Positions 43,936 to 54,032 of a stretch of DNA of 64,000 nucleotides are shown here, piece by piece. How positions within the stretch are numbered: the first letter of the stretch is position 1; every line of letters begins with the position of its first letter. The position numbers and the translations under genes were made by a program. Under the pieces are notes generated by a model. It was not told the DNA's origin. It did not search any database and worked only from the letters and a program-made list of their open reading frames with translations. The stretch covers positions 672,001 through 736,000 of the forward strand of contig CAXXVS010000001.1 in NCBI GenBank assembly GCA_963674755.2, written 5' to 3'. The DNA comes from Desulfobacterales bacterium. GTDB lineage: Bacteria; Desulfobacterota; Desulfobacteria; Desulfobacterales; UBA5852.

Positions 43936-45603
43936 TTGAAACCTTCCATCTACCGCAACGATATGAAAAAGTGGTTCATCAAAAATTTTCCCCTCCTGGC
44001 CAACCTTCTGGCCAATTACACGGGCGTTTTCATGATTTTCGTGGTGCAGGAGCAGATTGCCCGACAGCTACTTCCCATGGCCAGGGAGAGAACCATCCTG
44101 GCGAGCCTGCTTTACGATCCGGCCGTGATCGTTCTTTGTATCCTGGTGGCACTGCGCTTCGAGCGGCCTGTGCGCCGCTGCCTGGACGCCATTGACCTGA
44201 CAGCGGTACCTGCCCCCCTTCTGACCAGGGCCCGCAAACGGCTGCTGACGATTCCCTATTTTTACATGGGCATAAATCTGGTCGCCTGGATCGTGGCCGC
44301 GGTGCTCTTCCCGATGCTGCTGCTATACGATGGCGTCCCGGCTTTCTTGGTCGTGCGCACGGCCGCGCAGTGTCTCCTCATCGGACTCATCACCTGCACT
44401 CTGGCCTTTTTCCTTGTGGAGGCCATTCTGCAAACCTTTTTCATGCCGCGTTTTTTTCCGGAGGGCGGGGTGTTCAACGTCAAGGGCGTGCCGCATGTGC
44501 GCATCATCACCCGCCTCGTCGCGTTGTTCGTCATTGCCGGATTCGTGCCGGGCGTGGTGTCGATGCTCATGGCCAGCGGTATGCAGCGGATGCTGAATTC
44601 AACCCAGCTCGCTCCCGCCGAAATCATCCCGCTTTTCAGCGAGGCCATGTCCACCAGTGCAATGGTGTTCATCGGGACCGGTCTGGTTCTGGTCATACTG
44701 GTCGGCCTGACCCTGGCCCACCCTTTCCGCGCCATTGTGTCCGCCTTGCACGACATTCGCAAAGGCCGCCTGAACGTCTGGATTCCCGTGCGTTCGACGG
44801 ACGAGGTCGGTTATACGTGCGAGGCCATCAATCGCATGGCCGGCGGACTGCGGGAGAGAGAACGGCTGCGCGAGAGCCTCACCCTGGCCGGAGCGGTGCA
44901 GCAAAGCCTGCTGCCGCGCCATGCCCCCGACATCCCGGGCCTTGACATTGCCGGTGTGAGCATCCCCTGCGATGAAACCGGCGGTGACTATTTCGACTAT
45001 GTGCATTTCGCCCAGCCCGATCCCCACCTCGGCATCGTCGTGGGCGATGTCTCGGGACATGGAATTTCCTCGGCCCTGCTGATGACGACGGTGCGGGCCA
45101 TGGTGCGGACGCGCTGCGACCTGCCTGGCAGCCCGCGGGAAATACTGGCGGATTTAAACCGACAATTGTGCCGCGATGTGGGCGATTCCGGCAATTTCGT
45201 CACCCTCTTCTTCTTGAAGATCGCGACCGGCACCCGTACGATGAGCTGGGTGCGCGCCGGCCAGGATCCCGCACTGCTGTATACCCCCGAGACGGATACC
45301 TTCGAGGAACTGCGCGAAGGAGGGCCTACGCTGGGCGTCGTCGCCGAAGCTCGCTATACCAGCGGCAGCGGCTGTTTATCCTCCGGCCAGGTGATGCTGA
45401 TCGGCACGGATGGCATTTGGGAGTCCCGCGCCCCAACCGACGAGCCCTTCGGCAAGCACCGTGTGCGCCGGGTGATCCGCGACCATGCGCACTTGGAGGC
45501 CCAGGCCATCCTGGACACACTGCTCGCCGAGCTGACGGCCTTTCGGGCCGGCCAACCCGTGGAAGACGACATTACCGCCGTGGTCATCAAAGGTGTCGGG
45601 TGA
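43936..45603 (+). CDS. membrane HAMP + PP2C (SpoIIE/RsbU-like) phosphatase
   Basis: TM helices, HAMP, GGDYFD, GDVSGHG, TDG, DDIT. Confidence 0.9.
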   Translation: MKPSIYRNDMKKWFIKNFPLLANLLANYTGVFMIFVVQEQIARQLLPMARERTILASLLYDPAVIVLCILVALRFERPVRRCLDAIDLTAVPAPLLTRARKRLLTIPYFYMGINLVAWIVAAVLFPMLLLYDGVPAFLVVRTAAQCLLIGLITCTLAFFLVEAILQTFFMPRFFPEGGVFNVKGVPHVRIITRLVALFVIAGFVPGVVSMLMASGMQRMLNSTQLAPAEIIPLFSEAMSTSAMVFIGTGLVLVILVGLTLAHPFRAIVSALHDIRKGRLNVWIPVRSTDEVGYTCEAINRMAGGLRERERLRESLTLAGAVQQSLLPRHAPDIPGLDIAGVSIPCDETGGDYFDYVHFAQPDPHLGIVVGDVSGHGISSALLMTTVRAMVRTRCDLPGSPREILADLNRQLCRDVGDSGNFVTLFFLKIATGTRTMSWVRAGQDPALLYTPETDTFEELREGGPTLGVVAEARYTSGSGCLSSGQVMLIGTDGIWESRAPTDEPFGKHRVRRVIRDHAHLEAQAILDTLLAELTAFRAGQPVEDDITAVVIKGVG

Positions 45604-45657
45604 GTCAGGGGAACCGGTCTGCCCCCTTTTTATCTTCAGCCTCATGGAGAAAACGCC

Positions 45658-45899
45658 ATGTTAAACGGCATCCATTTTATACTGACTTACACCTGCAACT
45701 TCGAATGCGACCACTGCTTTCTTTCTGCGGCCCCCTGATCCGTGGCGGCCCGGCCGAGCTGGCCAGAGTGTGCGGCCTGACGCCGGAACCCGGCTACATC
45801 GACGCCTGCCATCTTTGCTTTCTGACCCGCAAGGCCGCCATTGGTCAGTATCCGGAAGCCCTGGCGCCGAAGCAGGTTTATGGCCCCGATCTCAGTTGA
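45658..45899 (+). pseudogene. internally deleted radical SAM gene
   Basis: MLNGIHFILTYTCNFECDHCF joined, with a frameshift, to a C-terminal YIDACHLC...LAPKQVYG. Confidence 0.75.
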
Positions 45900-46299
45900 T
45901 GCCCCGGTCATTCAGGAAGGGGCCGTATTGCTTGTCGCTGCCCTTGATGTGGCCTACCAGCCAATTGCATAAAAAGTTCATGACATCGATGGACAGATCC
46001 TGTTCGCCGCTTTTGAAAGCATCCTCGAACTCCGTGACCTTCATCTCGAAGGCGGTATGCTCCCTTTTGTGGGCATCCGCTTGTGGATAGCCCAGGCGAT
46101 CGAAGTAATCTTCCTCTTTGGCGAAATGCATGGCTGCGTAGATCACCAGTTGACTGATGAGATTCCCCAGCGCCTGTCTGTCCTCGCCGTTCCGCATGGC
46201 GGCATAGAGCTCGTTGATCAGGGAAACCAGATACTGGTGCTGATCGTCGAGTTCTTTTACATTCACACTGAAGCCGGGCTGCCAATCGAGAAATGCCAT
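45892..46299 (-). CDS. bacteriohemerythrin
   Basis: W-x3-FSVNVKELDDQHQ, HFAKEE, HKREH, WLVGHIKGSD. Confidence 0.92.
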   Translation of the reverse strand: MAFLDWQPGFSVNVKELDDQHQYLVSLINELYAAMRNGEDRQALGNLISQLVIYAAMHFAKEEDYFDRLGYPQADAHKREHTAFEMKVTEFEDAFKSGEQDLSIDVMNFLCNWLVGHIKGSDKQYGPFLNDRGIN

Positions 46300-46561
46300 A
46301 TTGGTTCCTGTCGGGATGGATGGTGTGGAAATCAAAGTCGCCGAACGGCGCGGCTTTTGATGGCTTTTGTAAAAACGCAGTGAGACAGACCCAAAATGCA
46401 TTCTGGCCGCGCTGGTATTCGTAACGACGCCAGCCATATCAAAGACGCCTTGTGGTATCAAGAAATAACCGATATTTGTATTGCTATCGATGCTGCTCAA
46501 CAGCGCATCGGCAGGGGGGAGATATTCCGAATCTTCATCCCACCCATAAAGGAATGCCATC

Positions 46562-47206
46562 ATGAACGATACGGCCATTGTCATCGGCGCCACCGGTCTG
46601 GTCGGACAGGCCCTGACGGACCGGCTCGCCAATGCGAACCATATCTTACGGGTTGTCACCCTGACCCGCCGGCTGGCACCTCATGCTTCCCCCAAGGTTG
46701 ACAACCGGATCGTGGATTTCGACCACCTGGAGGAAAAGGCGGCGCATTTCGCGGGGGACCTGTTGTTTTCGTGCCTGGGAACGACCCGCAAGCAGGCCGG
46801 CGCCATTGCGGCCCAACGCAAGGTCGACCTGGACTATCAATATTGCGCAGCCCAACTGGCAGTGGACCGGGGTGTACGCCATTACCTGCTGGTTTCCGCC
46901 AGCGGTGCCAATGCCAACAGCAACAACCCGTACCTGCGGATGAAGGGCGAACTGGAGGAGAAGGTCCAGGCCCTGCCGTTCGAACGCATCAGCATTTTTC
47001 AGCCCTCTCTATTGCTGGGCCAGCGTGCGGAGTTCCGCCTGGGCGAAAAGGCGGGCGCCATTTTGCTGCCGATTATTTGCCGTATTCCCGGCCTGCGCCG
47101 CTACCGCCCCATCCGCGGTGAAGAGGTGGCCGCCAAGATGGTGCAGGTGAGCCGGCAGCCGGGCCCGCCGCGGGAGTGGTTTCGTCTTGACCGGATTTTT
47201 ATATGA
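46562..47206 (+). CDS. NAD(P)-binding oxidoreductase (TIP30/YraR-like)
   Basis: GATGLVG, CLGTT, YLRMKG, PSLLLG. Confidence 0.88.
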   Translation: MNDTAIVIGATGLVGQALTDRLANANHILRVVTLTRRLAPHASPKVDNRIVDFDHLEEKAAHFAGDLLFSCLGTTRKQAGAIAAQRKVDLDYQYCAAQLAVDRGVRHYLLVSASGANANSNNPYLRMKGELEEKVQALPFERISIFQPSLLLGQRAEFRLGEKAGAILLPIICRIPGLRRYRPIRGEEVAAKMVQVSRQPGPPREWFRLDRIFI

Positions 47207-47252
47207 AAGCCCCTCCGATTTTGAGGCGGCTTGCAGCGAAGGAAAAGGAGAC

Positions 47253-47909
47253 ATGAATGATCATTTAAAGCAATTCTGGGAGTTGCGACTTGAAAGGTGC
47301 CGGGAAGCGCTCGCGGCCAACAATTTCGGCGCTTATGCGGCAAACGATTGCAGGGAGGCGAAGCGCATCGTCCTGGAAGAAATTCTTCCCAGGATTGTGC
47401 CGAAAACGGTCTCCTGGGGGGATTCCATGACGTTGCACGCTACGGGGATTCTAAAAGAGATAAAACAGAACACCGCCATCGATATCGTAGAAACATTTGC
47501 CGACAATGTGCCGTGGGCGGAATTGATCGAACGACGCCGGCAGGCGCTGCTGACGGATCTGTTTTTTACGGGCAGCAATGCCCTGACGGAAGCAGGGCAA
47601 CTGGTCAACCTGGACATGATCGGCAACCGCACGGGCGCCATCACTTTCGGTCCGCGGAACGTCATCATTCTGGTTGGCCGCAACAAGATCGTTTCCGATC
47701 TCACGGCGGCCATGGCGCGCATCAAATCCTACGCCGCGCCGGCCAACGCGATCCGGCATCCCGGCTTAAAAACCCCCTGCATGAAAACGGCCTATTGCAT
47801 GGATTGCAAAAGCCCTGATCGCATCTGCAATACCTGGACTATTACGGAAAAGTCCTACCCGAAGGGGAGGATCCGCGTCATCCTCATCAATGAGGACCTG
47901 GGGCTATAA
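47253..47909 (+). CDS. LUD-domain (lactate utilisation-like) protein
   Basis: [26 protein letters not shown], Cys cluster, EDLGL end. Confidence 0.85.
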   Translation: MNDHLKQFWELRLERCREALAANNFGAYAANDCREAKRIVLEEILPRIVPKTVSWGDSMTLHATGILKEIKQNTAIDIVETFADNVPWAELIERRRQALLTDLFFTGSNALTEAGQLVNLDMIGNRTGAITFGPRNVIILVGRNKIVSDLTAAMARIKSYAAPANAIRHPGLKTPCMKTAYCMDCKSPDRICNTWTITEKSYPKGRIRVILINEDLGL

Positions 47910-48072
47910 AGGCTTCCGCTACACCACCGGCAATGTCGGCGCCGCCTCGATCTATCTCATCATGGAAGACCTCTCCAAATCCGGCGGGTTGAAACCGGGT
48001 CAGCGCCTGCTGTGCTTCATCCCGGAAAGCGGGCGGTTTTCGCACTGCTTCATGCATTTGACGGTGGTTTGA
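47908..48072 (+). pseudogene. C-terminal remnant of a DarB/FabH-like ketosynthase
   Basis: GNVGAASIY...[12 protein letters not shown]. Confidence 0.7.
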
Positions 48073-48340
48073 GATACGAAGGCCCTCAGTTTGCCATCCT
48101 TGCGAAAGCGAAGACGCAGGTCCCTGCAAGCCTGTTTCGATACCATTGTATGGGCGATCTTAGTTCCTAAAAATTCGCAATTTCCTGATCAGGAAAATAT
48201 GCCAAAATAAGAAAATTAAAATATTGCCTGCTCACGGCCGCAATCTTAAACGCCGGTCCAAAGGGAACAATATCGGCGCCTGGGTCTGAAAATATTCCTT
48301 GACAGTTTTCCTGAAATCTATCATTTTCCTGAACAGGAAA

Positions 48341-49450
48341 ATGGAAAAATACAGGAAAATACAAACCGAGACGGGGATGATCGACCGACTTCGGCAGGGA
48401 AGAGCCGAGTTGTCGCCGTTGTCCCTTCGCTTTATGGAAGTTGCCAAGAATAAGGGCAGGGATTCCGGATACGACGCACTGATTGAAATTTCGTGGCAGA
48501 AGGAAACCGTCAGATTTGCCGTCGAGTGCAAGGCTCTTTCAACCCCTAAAGCCTTTCAATCCGGATTGATTCAACTGAAGTCGTTAAAACTGCCTGAAGG
48601 CGTATTGCCGATGCTGTGCCTGCCTTTTCTCAGTGAAGCCCAGTTGAAACAGTTGGAAAGTGAGGGAATTAGCGGGATCGACTTGTGCGGAAACGCTGTC
48701 GTCATTGCTCCCGGGAAATTTTACGTCTTTCGCACCGGAGGAAAGAACAGATTTCCCTCCTGGGCTCCGATCAAAAATGTTTACCGCAAGAATACCTCGA
48801 TGGTGGGGAGGGTTTTTCTGGCGCGTCCGGAGTATGAAGCTGTCCAGGAGATTCAAAACGAGATCAGCAGGCGAAATCCCCTGGTCGTATTGGGGGACAA
48901 GAAGCCAATTGGCCTTTCAACTGTTTCAAAGGCGTTGAAATCTCTGGAAGAAGACCTCATCGTTGCGCGCAACGGCGGTATTCGCCTTTTACAGGCCGAC
49001 AAGCTTCTAAATAAACTGGCCGTAAATTATGAGCCCCCGCGAGTCGCAGGGCGGGTGCAGATCAAGATTCAAGAAGACCCTGAAACACTCCGTAATCTGG
49101 TGACCGCGGTTTCTCAAAAGACGGGCTTGCCCGTTGTCGCAACAGGAACATCTTCAGTTTCCCGGTACACGGTTATGCCGCGGGGAGATTTGCTTTCAGT
49201 CTACTGCCCCAAATTGGAACCGCTGCGCGTCCTATTGCCGGGCAGCCGGACGGATCGCTTCCCAAATCTCGAGTTGATCGAAGTCGAGGATGAAACGGTC
49301 TATTTCGATGCGCGCCAGGAAGAGGGGTTTTGGTGGGCATCGCCTGTACAGGTCTATCTTGAACTCATGACCGGGGACAAACGGGACCAGGAAACGGCTG
49401 AGCAGTTGAAACCGTCCATTATGAACACTTCTGGATCGATTTCGCGATGA
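48341..49450 (+). CDS. AbiEi-like (type IV TA antitoxin-like) HTH protein
   Basis: FAVECK, IDLCGN, HTH (LSTVSKALKSLE), ASPVQVYLEL...DKRDQETAE; ATGA overlap with the next gene. Confidence 0.6.
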   Translation: MEKYRKIQTETGMIDRLRQGRAELSPLSLRFMEVAKNKGRDSGYDALIEISWQKETVRFAVECKALSTPKAFQSGLIQLKSLKLPEGVLPMLCLPFLSEAQLKQLESEGISGIDLCGNAVVIAPGKFYVFRTGGKNRFPSWAPIKNVYRKNTSMVGRVFLARPEYEAVQEIQNEISRRNPLVVLGDKKPIGLSTVSKALKSLEEDLIVARNGGIRLLQADKLLNKLAVNYEPPRVAGRVQIKIQEDPETLRNLVTAVSQKTGLPVVATGTSSVSRYTVMPRGDLLSVYCPKLEPLRVLLPGSRTDRFPNLELIEVEDETVYFDARQEEGFWWASPVQVYLELMTGDKRDQETAEQLKPSIMNTSGSISR

Positions 49451-49569
49451 ATCGAATCATCGATCTACAGACGGCGCTCCTGGACCTTCTTTACGAAATC
49501 CGAACCACCGGCGAGAAGCTTATTGTCGACGGCGGGTATGGCATTTACCTTCTTTTTCGACCTACCTGA
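49447..49569 (+). pseudogene. N-terminal stub of an AbiEii-like nucleotidyltransferase
   Basis: MNRIIDLQTALLDLL...LIVDGGYGIYL stops after 40 aa. Confidence 0.55.
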
Positions 49570-50323
49570 TACATCCCTAACACCCGCATCAAAGCTGCTC
49601 CAGGTTTTATAAGCGATATCCTTGAGATTATGTCATTTTTCTGTTAACGAGGAATATCTCTGCAAACAAGTCGGCATATCCCCCGTCATTCCGCGCCAGC
49701 GGCTGCCTGTGAAATGGTAGAGCGCTCTTTAAGGGCACCATTTCCAGTGCATCAAAATAGATGGTAGGGCGTTATCAACCTAAGACGCCCACCCTGAAAT
49801 TTTATAAACGCATCAAATTGTCGAAAGATTCCATAGGCACTAAGAAATCATACTTTTTTAGGTCGCTTATCCTTAATTTGTAGCCTGGAAATGGTGGATT
49901 TAGGAGGAGATCACAATTTGTGACGACTTCAAAGTAAAAGGCGGAACAATCCAGGATAAAGATAGAATCCAGAATGTTAAGTTGGCCCATCCTTACAGGT
50001 AGATATACGCACAATCCAAAATTTGGGTGGGCAAGCGGATTTAGGGGCCACAATGGTCTATACGCATGTGGTAAGCAAAAACAGGCATGGTGTTGTCAGT
50101 CCATTAGACTAAATTGTCTCAAAATAATTATTTTCCGTTATTATGGTGCAGCATCATAATAACGATAATTGGCGGGAAATGATGCCTTTTCAAAACCTAT
50201 AAAATATGTAATTGTTAAATTAACGAATTGATATTGTGGCATATATGACAATCTGGCGGAACAATAACAAAATTCGTAAAAAGTGTCTCAAAAGTATATT
50301 TTTTGTTAAAAAGATGCCTTCCA

Positions 50324-50342
50324 CATAATATTATAGTTGCGG
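50324..50342 (+). other. attI-like array start 1
   Basis: CATAATATTATA|GTTGCGG; GTTGCGG is the exact complement of the next R'' (CCGCAAC); 16-bp core recurs at 58697. Confidence 0.6.
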
Positions 50343-50484
50343 CCGATCGCCTCAATTTAAAAGCACAAATTGACATAAAAACTAATAAATAAATATCAAA
50401 AGAAAATTAAAAGGAATAAAAAGAAGACAAAAAGTTTTCAGCGATCTTTGGGGGGAGGCTGGAAAATTTTCTCGATCTGTGGTA

Positions 50485-50548
50485 ACAGTAATGCACGACA
50501 GCGACAGGGCAACTGTCGTTGGTACTGATCGCTGTCGTGCATTACTGT
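50485..50548. repeat. perfect 20-bp inverted repeat with a 24-nt loop
   Basis: ACAGTAATGCACGACAGCGA / TCGCTGTCGTGCATTACTGT. Confidence 0.9.
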
Positions 50549-50649
50549 AGGGACGAAAAAATTATCCAACCTCGCATTTTCCACTTTTCTACTAGAGACT
50601 ACCGGCAAATATTTCTGAATTTTTGGGCTTGGCTTACAGACCGGCGTCG

Positions 50650-50717
50650 CCGCAACATGTCAACGTACCAGACATCGATCGCTTCGCGTTCGATGCAGGT
50701 AGTTTCCGACATTATAC
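50650..50717 (+). other. attC site (degenerate R')
   Basis: CCGCAAC...internal palindrome (CATCGA/TCGATG)...ATTATAC. Confidence 0.65.
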
Positions 50718-50720
50718 TTT

Positions 50721-51383
50721 ATGAACAATATGAAAACATTTATTGGAGTATTAATAATTATGTCGTTGTTTTCATTCACGAATGTTTTTGCGGCAACACC
50801 TGAACAAAAATTCTGGAAATGGTTCGTGAAAAATCAAGGCATATTATTTGAATTTGAAAAAAACAGAGAAAGGATATTTGACAACCTATCCTCTGAAATG
50901 AAAAAGGTACATCCTGATCTTACCTTTGAATTTGGGCCGATACAGGAATCCGGTAAACGAGAGCTTGTTATTAGTGCAGGAGGTATTAAAGACGCTTTTC
51001 CATTCGTTGAGTCTTTGTATGATTCGGCACCCAAACTTTCCAATTGGATTATTATTAAATTCCGGCCCAGGCGAAATCCCCTAAATGACTTAGAATTTGG
51101 TGGCAAGACGATAAAGGCATCTGAAGTTTATTATAAAATGTTTAAAGACCAAGAGAAAGTCGGCCTAATAATTTTTCTTGATGGATATAATGATGCTGAA
51201 AAAGATATTTACGGAAATATTGGTTACCTATTTTTAGACGAGGCATTAGGGGAATATGATATTGAAATGAAAGTCGGCTTCATTGAGTTTCACGGAAGAG
51301 AATCAAAATATTTTGAAGGTTCTCAACCGCTGAGTGAATTGGCTGAACATTTTGACGAATATTTTAAAAATACAATGAATTGA
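50721..51383 (+). CDS. cassette: exported hypothetical protein
   Basis: Signal peptide; FWKWF...LTFEFG...ELVISAGG; bounded by attC sites. Confidence 0.8.
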   Translation: MNNMKTFIGVLIIMSLFSFTNVFAATPEQKFWKWFVKNQGILFEFEKNRERIFDNLSSEMKKVHPDLTFEFGPIQESGKRELVISAGGIKDAFPFVESLYDSAPKLSNWIIIKFRPRRNPLNDLEFGGKTIKASEVYYKMFKDQEKVGLIIFLDGYNDAEKDIYGNIGYLFLDEALGEYDIEMKVGFIEFHGRESKYFEGSQPLSELAEHFDEYFKNTMN

Positions 51384-51384
51384 C

Positions 51385-51445
51385 GTATAACATTTTGCTG
51401 CACGGGAGCGCAAAAAGCGCGCGCCCCGTGAGCAATGCGTTATAC
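51385..51445 (+). other. attC site
   Basis: GTATAAC...TGCTGCACGGG/CCCGTGAGCA...GTTATAC. Confidence 0.9.
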
Positions 51446-51460
51446 AATCATAGTGATGGT

Positions 51461-51781
51461 ATGAAAAAGACCACAAAAATATGCCCTGATTGTGAAAGGG
51501 AAAACCCTACTGCCCAAAAAAAATGTCAGTTCTGTGGTGCTGTTTTACACTACGGAAAGGATTACTACAAATTAAAAAGTTTTCTCTCGTAGGTCACAAT
51601 TTTCGGCATTTTAACAGGGTGTCTTTATACAAGCCTTTCAAAATCTAAAATTATCGATCCAGCTTTTATTGATAATATTCCGAATTGGGTTTCTTATATA
51701 TTTTGGGGATTTGTAGCTATTGGCGTTCTATGTCGCTTATTAGTTGGCATGGCGGATGTGGACGAAACTTTTATTGAATAA
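51461..51781 (+). pseudogene. cassette: zinc-ribbon membrane protein with an in-frame TAG at 51590-51592
   Basis: CPDC/CQFC; the frame continues after TAG through two TM-like stretches to TAA next to attC. Confidence 0.65.
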
Positions 51782-51787
51782 AACTCT

Positions 51788-51879
51788 GTATAACCTTTCG
51801 CTGTTTCTGAATGTCACGGTATGCAATACTTCGCTTCGCTCAGGCAAGCCGCGCCATCAGAAAAGCTTAGCCGTTGGGT
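51788..51879 (+). other. attC site
   Basis: GTATAAC...GCTGTTTCTGA/TCAGAAAAGC...GTTGGGT. Confidence 0.8.
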
Positions 51880-51890
51880 GAAAAAACAAA

Positions 51891-52721
51891 ATGAACCAAG
51901 ATATCAAATCTATTCTCTATAATATTTTAGGTGGTATAATAGTCTCTGTCCTCACAGTTATTTTTATATCTCTCCGAAAACAATTAAAAAGTTTTCAACT
52001 ACATAGACTTTTAGGATTCTGTTCCCATTCAGGGGACGAACCGAAAATCGTTTATGGTCAACTTGCCTTGCCAAATGTTTTCAAACAAAACGGGCAGGTT
52101 ATTACACATCCCTATGTAAAGCCACCAAGAAACGGTGGAGCAATTCCACTTCAAGGAACATATTCAATAACCCATCCTGTAAGCGAGTGTGAAGTTCGGG
52201 CATCTACATACCTTACTAGTATGCTTTCAAACATAAAAAACACTCATCCACAATTAATTTCTGATGTCGATGCAAATGCAGTCTTAGACAGTAATCTATT
52301 TGCGTTAGGTGGACCAGGGTCAAATTACAAAACAGCAGATATTCTTGCATCACCAGCAAATTTATTTATTCAAATGGCGCATAATGGTTTTTCTTTAATC
52401 TCAGGGGAACATCTGCCCTTTGTCTGTAACCAAACAACTGACTATGGTTTTATTCTACGCATAACTCCCCCTCAATTCCCTAAACGTTCGTGGATTGCAT
52501 GTTCAGGTTTAGGGGAATGGGGTACAAGCGGATCTGCTTGGTTTCTTGCCAACAAATGGAAGTATTTGATGAGAAAAATATCACCTTTTGCCTATTACAT
52601 GGGAATTATGCCTATATGTGATTTTGTTGCAATTATTAAAATTACTCGTGGGCAAGATCAGTCAGCTGAAATAGTCGATGCATACCGAAAATCAGGTAAA
52701 ATGATAAAACGTATAAAATAA
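51891..52721 (+). CDS. cassette: hypothetical protein with an N-terminal TM
   Basis: TM helix; LGGPGSN and GLGEWGTSG motifs; start GTTGGGT matches end ACCCAAC. Confidence 0.8.
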   Translation: MNQDIKSILYNILGGIIVSVLTVIFISLRKQLKSFQLHRLLGFCSHSGDEPKIVYGQLALPNVFKQNGQVITHPYVKPPRNGGAIPLQGTYSITHPVSECEVRASTYLTSMLSNIKNTHPQLISDVDANAVLDSNLFALGGPGSNYKTADILASPANLFIQMAHNGFSLISGEHLPFVCNQTTDYGFILRITPPQFPKRSWIACSGLGEWGTSGSAWFLANKWKYLMRKISPFAYYMGIMPICDFVAIIKITRGQDQSAEIVDAYRKSGKMIKRIK

Positions 52722-52722
52722 C

Positions 52723-52784
52723 ACCCAACATCGGCATTCAGTGGAGCGCAAAAAGCGCGCGCCCACTGATGCCGGGCGTTAGAT
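52723..52784 (+). other. attC site
   Basis: ACCCAAC...CGGCATTCAGTGG/CCACTGATGCCG...GTTAGAT. Confidence 0.9.
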
Positions 52785-52802
52785 ATCAGGTGTTAATTTA
52801 AA

Positions 52803-53903
52803 ATGTTGCCAAATCAAACATCTATTAAAAATTACAACATCTATACCTACACATTTCTTGATGATTTATCTTTTATAAAAGATCCACACGAATATTTTGA
52901 ACATGAAACAAAAGAGACAATTGAAAATGCTATTGTTTTAGTAGGTGAAAAATTTAAGGAACATGGGTGGGAAGGTGATGGTTCAATTGGAATAATTTGG
53001 CTCCCACCGTTTATAGAAGAGGGAATAGAGGACACTTGGGGAACATACGTTTGGCATGTTAAACAAAATAATGACGGAATATCCTTTATAGCATCTTATG
53101 AACCATTAAATACAAAAAGGCTGGGACAGAACGAGTTTGGACTTTCAAGCGTACCCGGGAGAACGTTAACACCTATAAGCATTATCGAAACCGACGTAGA
53201 GTGGTTTTTGAAAGCAATTGATGGTGTCGAAAATAATTTAAAGGAATCAATAGAATTTTTAGCGATCACGTCATCACATGGTGTTACTGAGACAATTAAA
53301 GCAAATACGAACATTCATTACCAAAGCGTTTTGGTTAGATATTTTCAAGAATTTCTGGATGAGTGTTACCTGCAAATTTTAATTGATGCAATTGAAAATG
53401 GCAATCCACACAAAATTAAATTAAGAAAGTCCCAAATAAAAATTGACCTCGCTTCACATATGCCGGAACCTGATGATGAAGAGGATGATATTGTTGATAC
53501 AGCACTTACTATTAGATTTTTTATAGGTGATATGTGGAAAGCCTATAAATGGGAGCCATTTAAAACCAAAATGGATATGCTGTTTAAAAGTATTGATTAC
53601 AATTTGGATAGCACTTTTTCATATGAAATTAGAAAGCATGTAATTATCAGGAATTGCATGCAGCACCATGAAGGAAGTCTAGATCAAGATTCTTTAAAAC
53701 AGCTTGGAAGACAAAGCATTGAAATGAAGTGTGCCGGTGGAATATACCACATAAAAGTCTGGAAGCCTCTTAAAATTGAAGCAGAAGAAATTTATTCGTT
53801 ATGTGATTTACTTAAGAAATTTGTCGAAGATTTCCATAGACATATTAAGCGCAGGGTGCCTACAGTACATTACATTTCAAGAAAAACCCAACCTGAAACT
53901 TAA
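52803..53903 (+). CDS. cassette: hypothetical protein with a HEPN-like RxxxxH motif
   Basis: RNCMQH in a helical C-terminal half. Confidence 0.7.
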   Translation: MLPNQTSIKNYNIYTYTFLDDLSFIKDPHEYFEHETKETIENAIVLVGEKFKEHGWEGDGSIGIIWLPPFIEEGIEDTWGTYVWHVKQNNDGISFIASYEPLNTKRLGQNEFGLSSVPGRTLTPISIIETDVEWFLKAIDGVENNLKESIEFLAITSSHGVTETIKANTNIHYQSVLVRYFQEFLDECYLQILIDAIENGNPHKIKLRKSQIKIDLASHMPEPDDEEDDIVDTALTIRFFIGDMWKAYKWEPFKTKMDMLFKSIDYNLDSTFSYEIRKHVIIRNCMQHHEGSLDQDSLKQLGRQSIEMKCAGGIYHIKVWKPLKIEAEEIYSLCDLLKKFVEDFHRHIKRRVPTVHYISRKTQPET

Positions 53904-54016
53904 GCGGACCGGGAATAGCGGTGCTTTTTTTAAACAATTTACTTGCGTGTTTTTAAATAGTTTTTTACAACCTTTGTCAGGGCTTGTTCCCCGGCCCGCT
54001 TAGTTCATAGTTATGT
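53886..54016 (+). other. attC site (long, overlaps the ORF end)
   Basis: ACCCAAC...AACTTAAGCGGACCGGGAA/TTCCCCGGCCCGCTTAGTT...GTTATGT. Confidence 0.85.
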
Positions 54017-54032
54017 AAAAAGGAAACTATGC

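Noticed and set aside
49570..50320. Integron integrase remnant at the expected position
   Set aside because: The frames I read show no recognisable IntI or tyrosine recombinase motifs; a TBLASTN search would be needed to exclude a very decayed trace.
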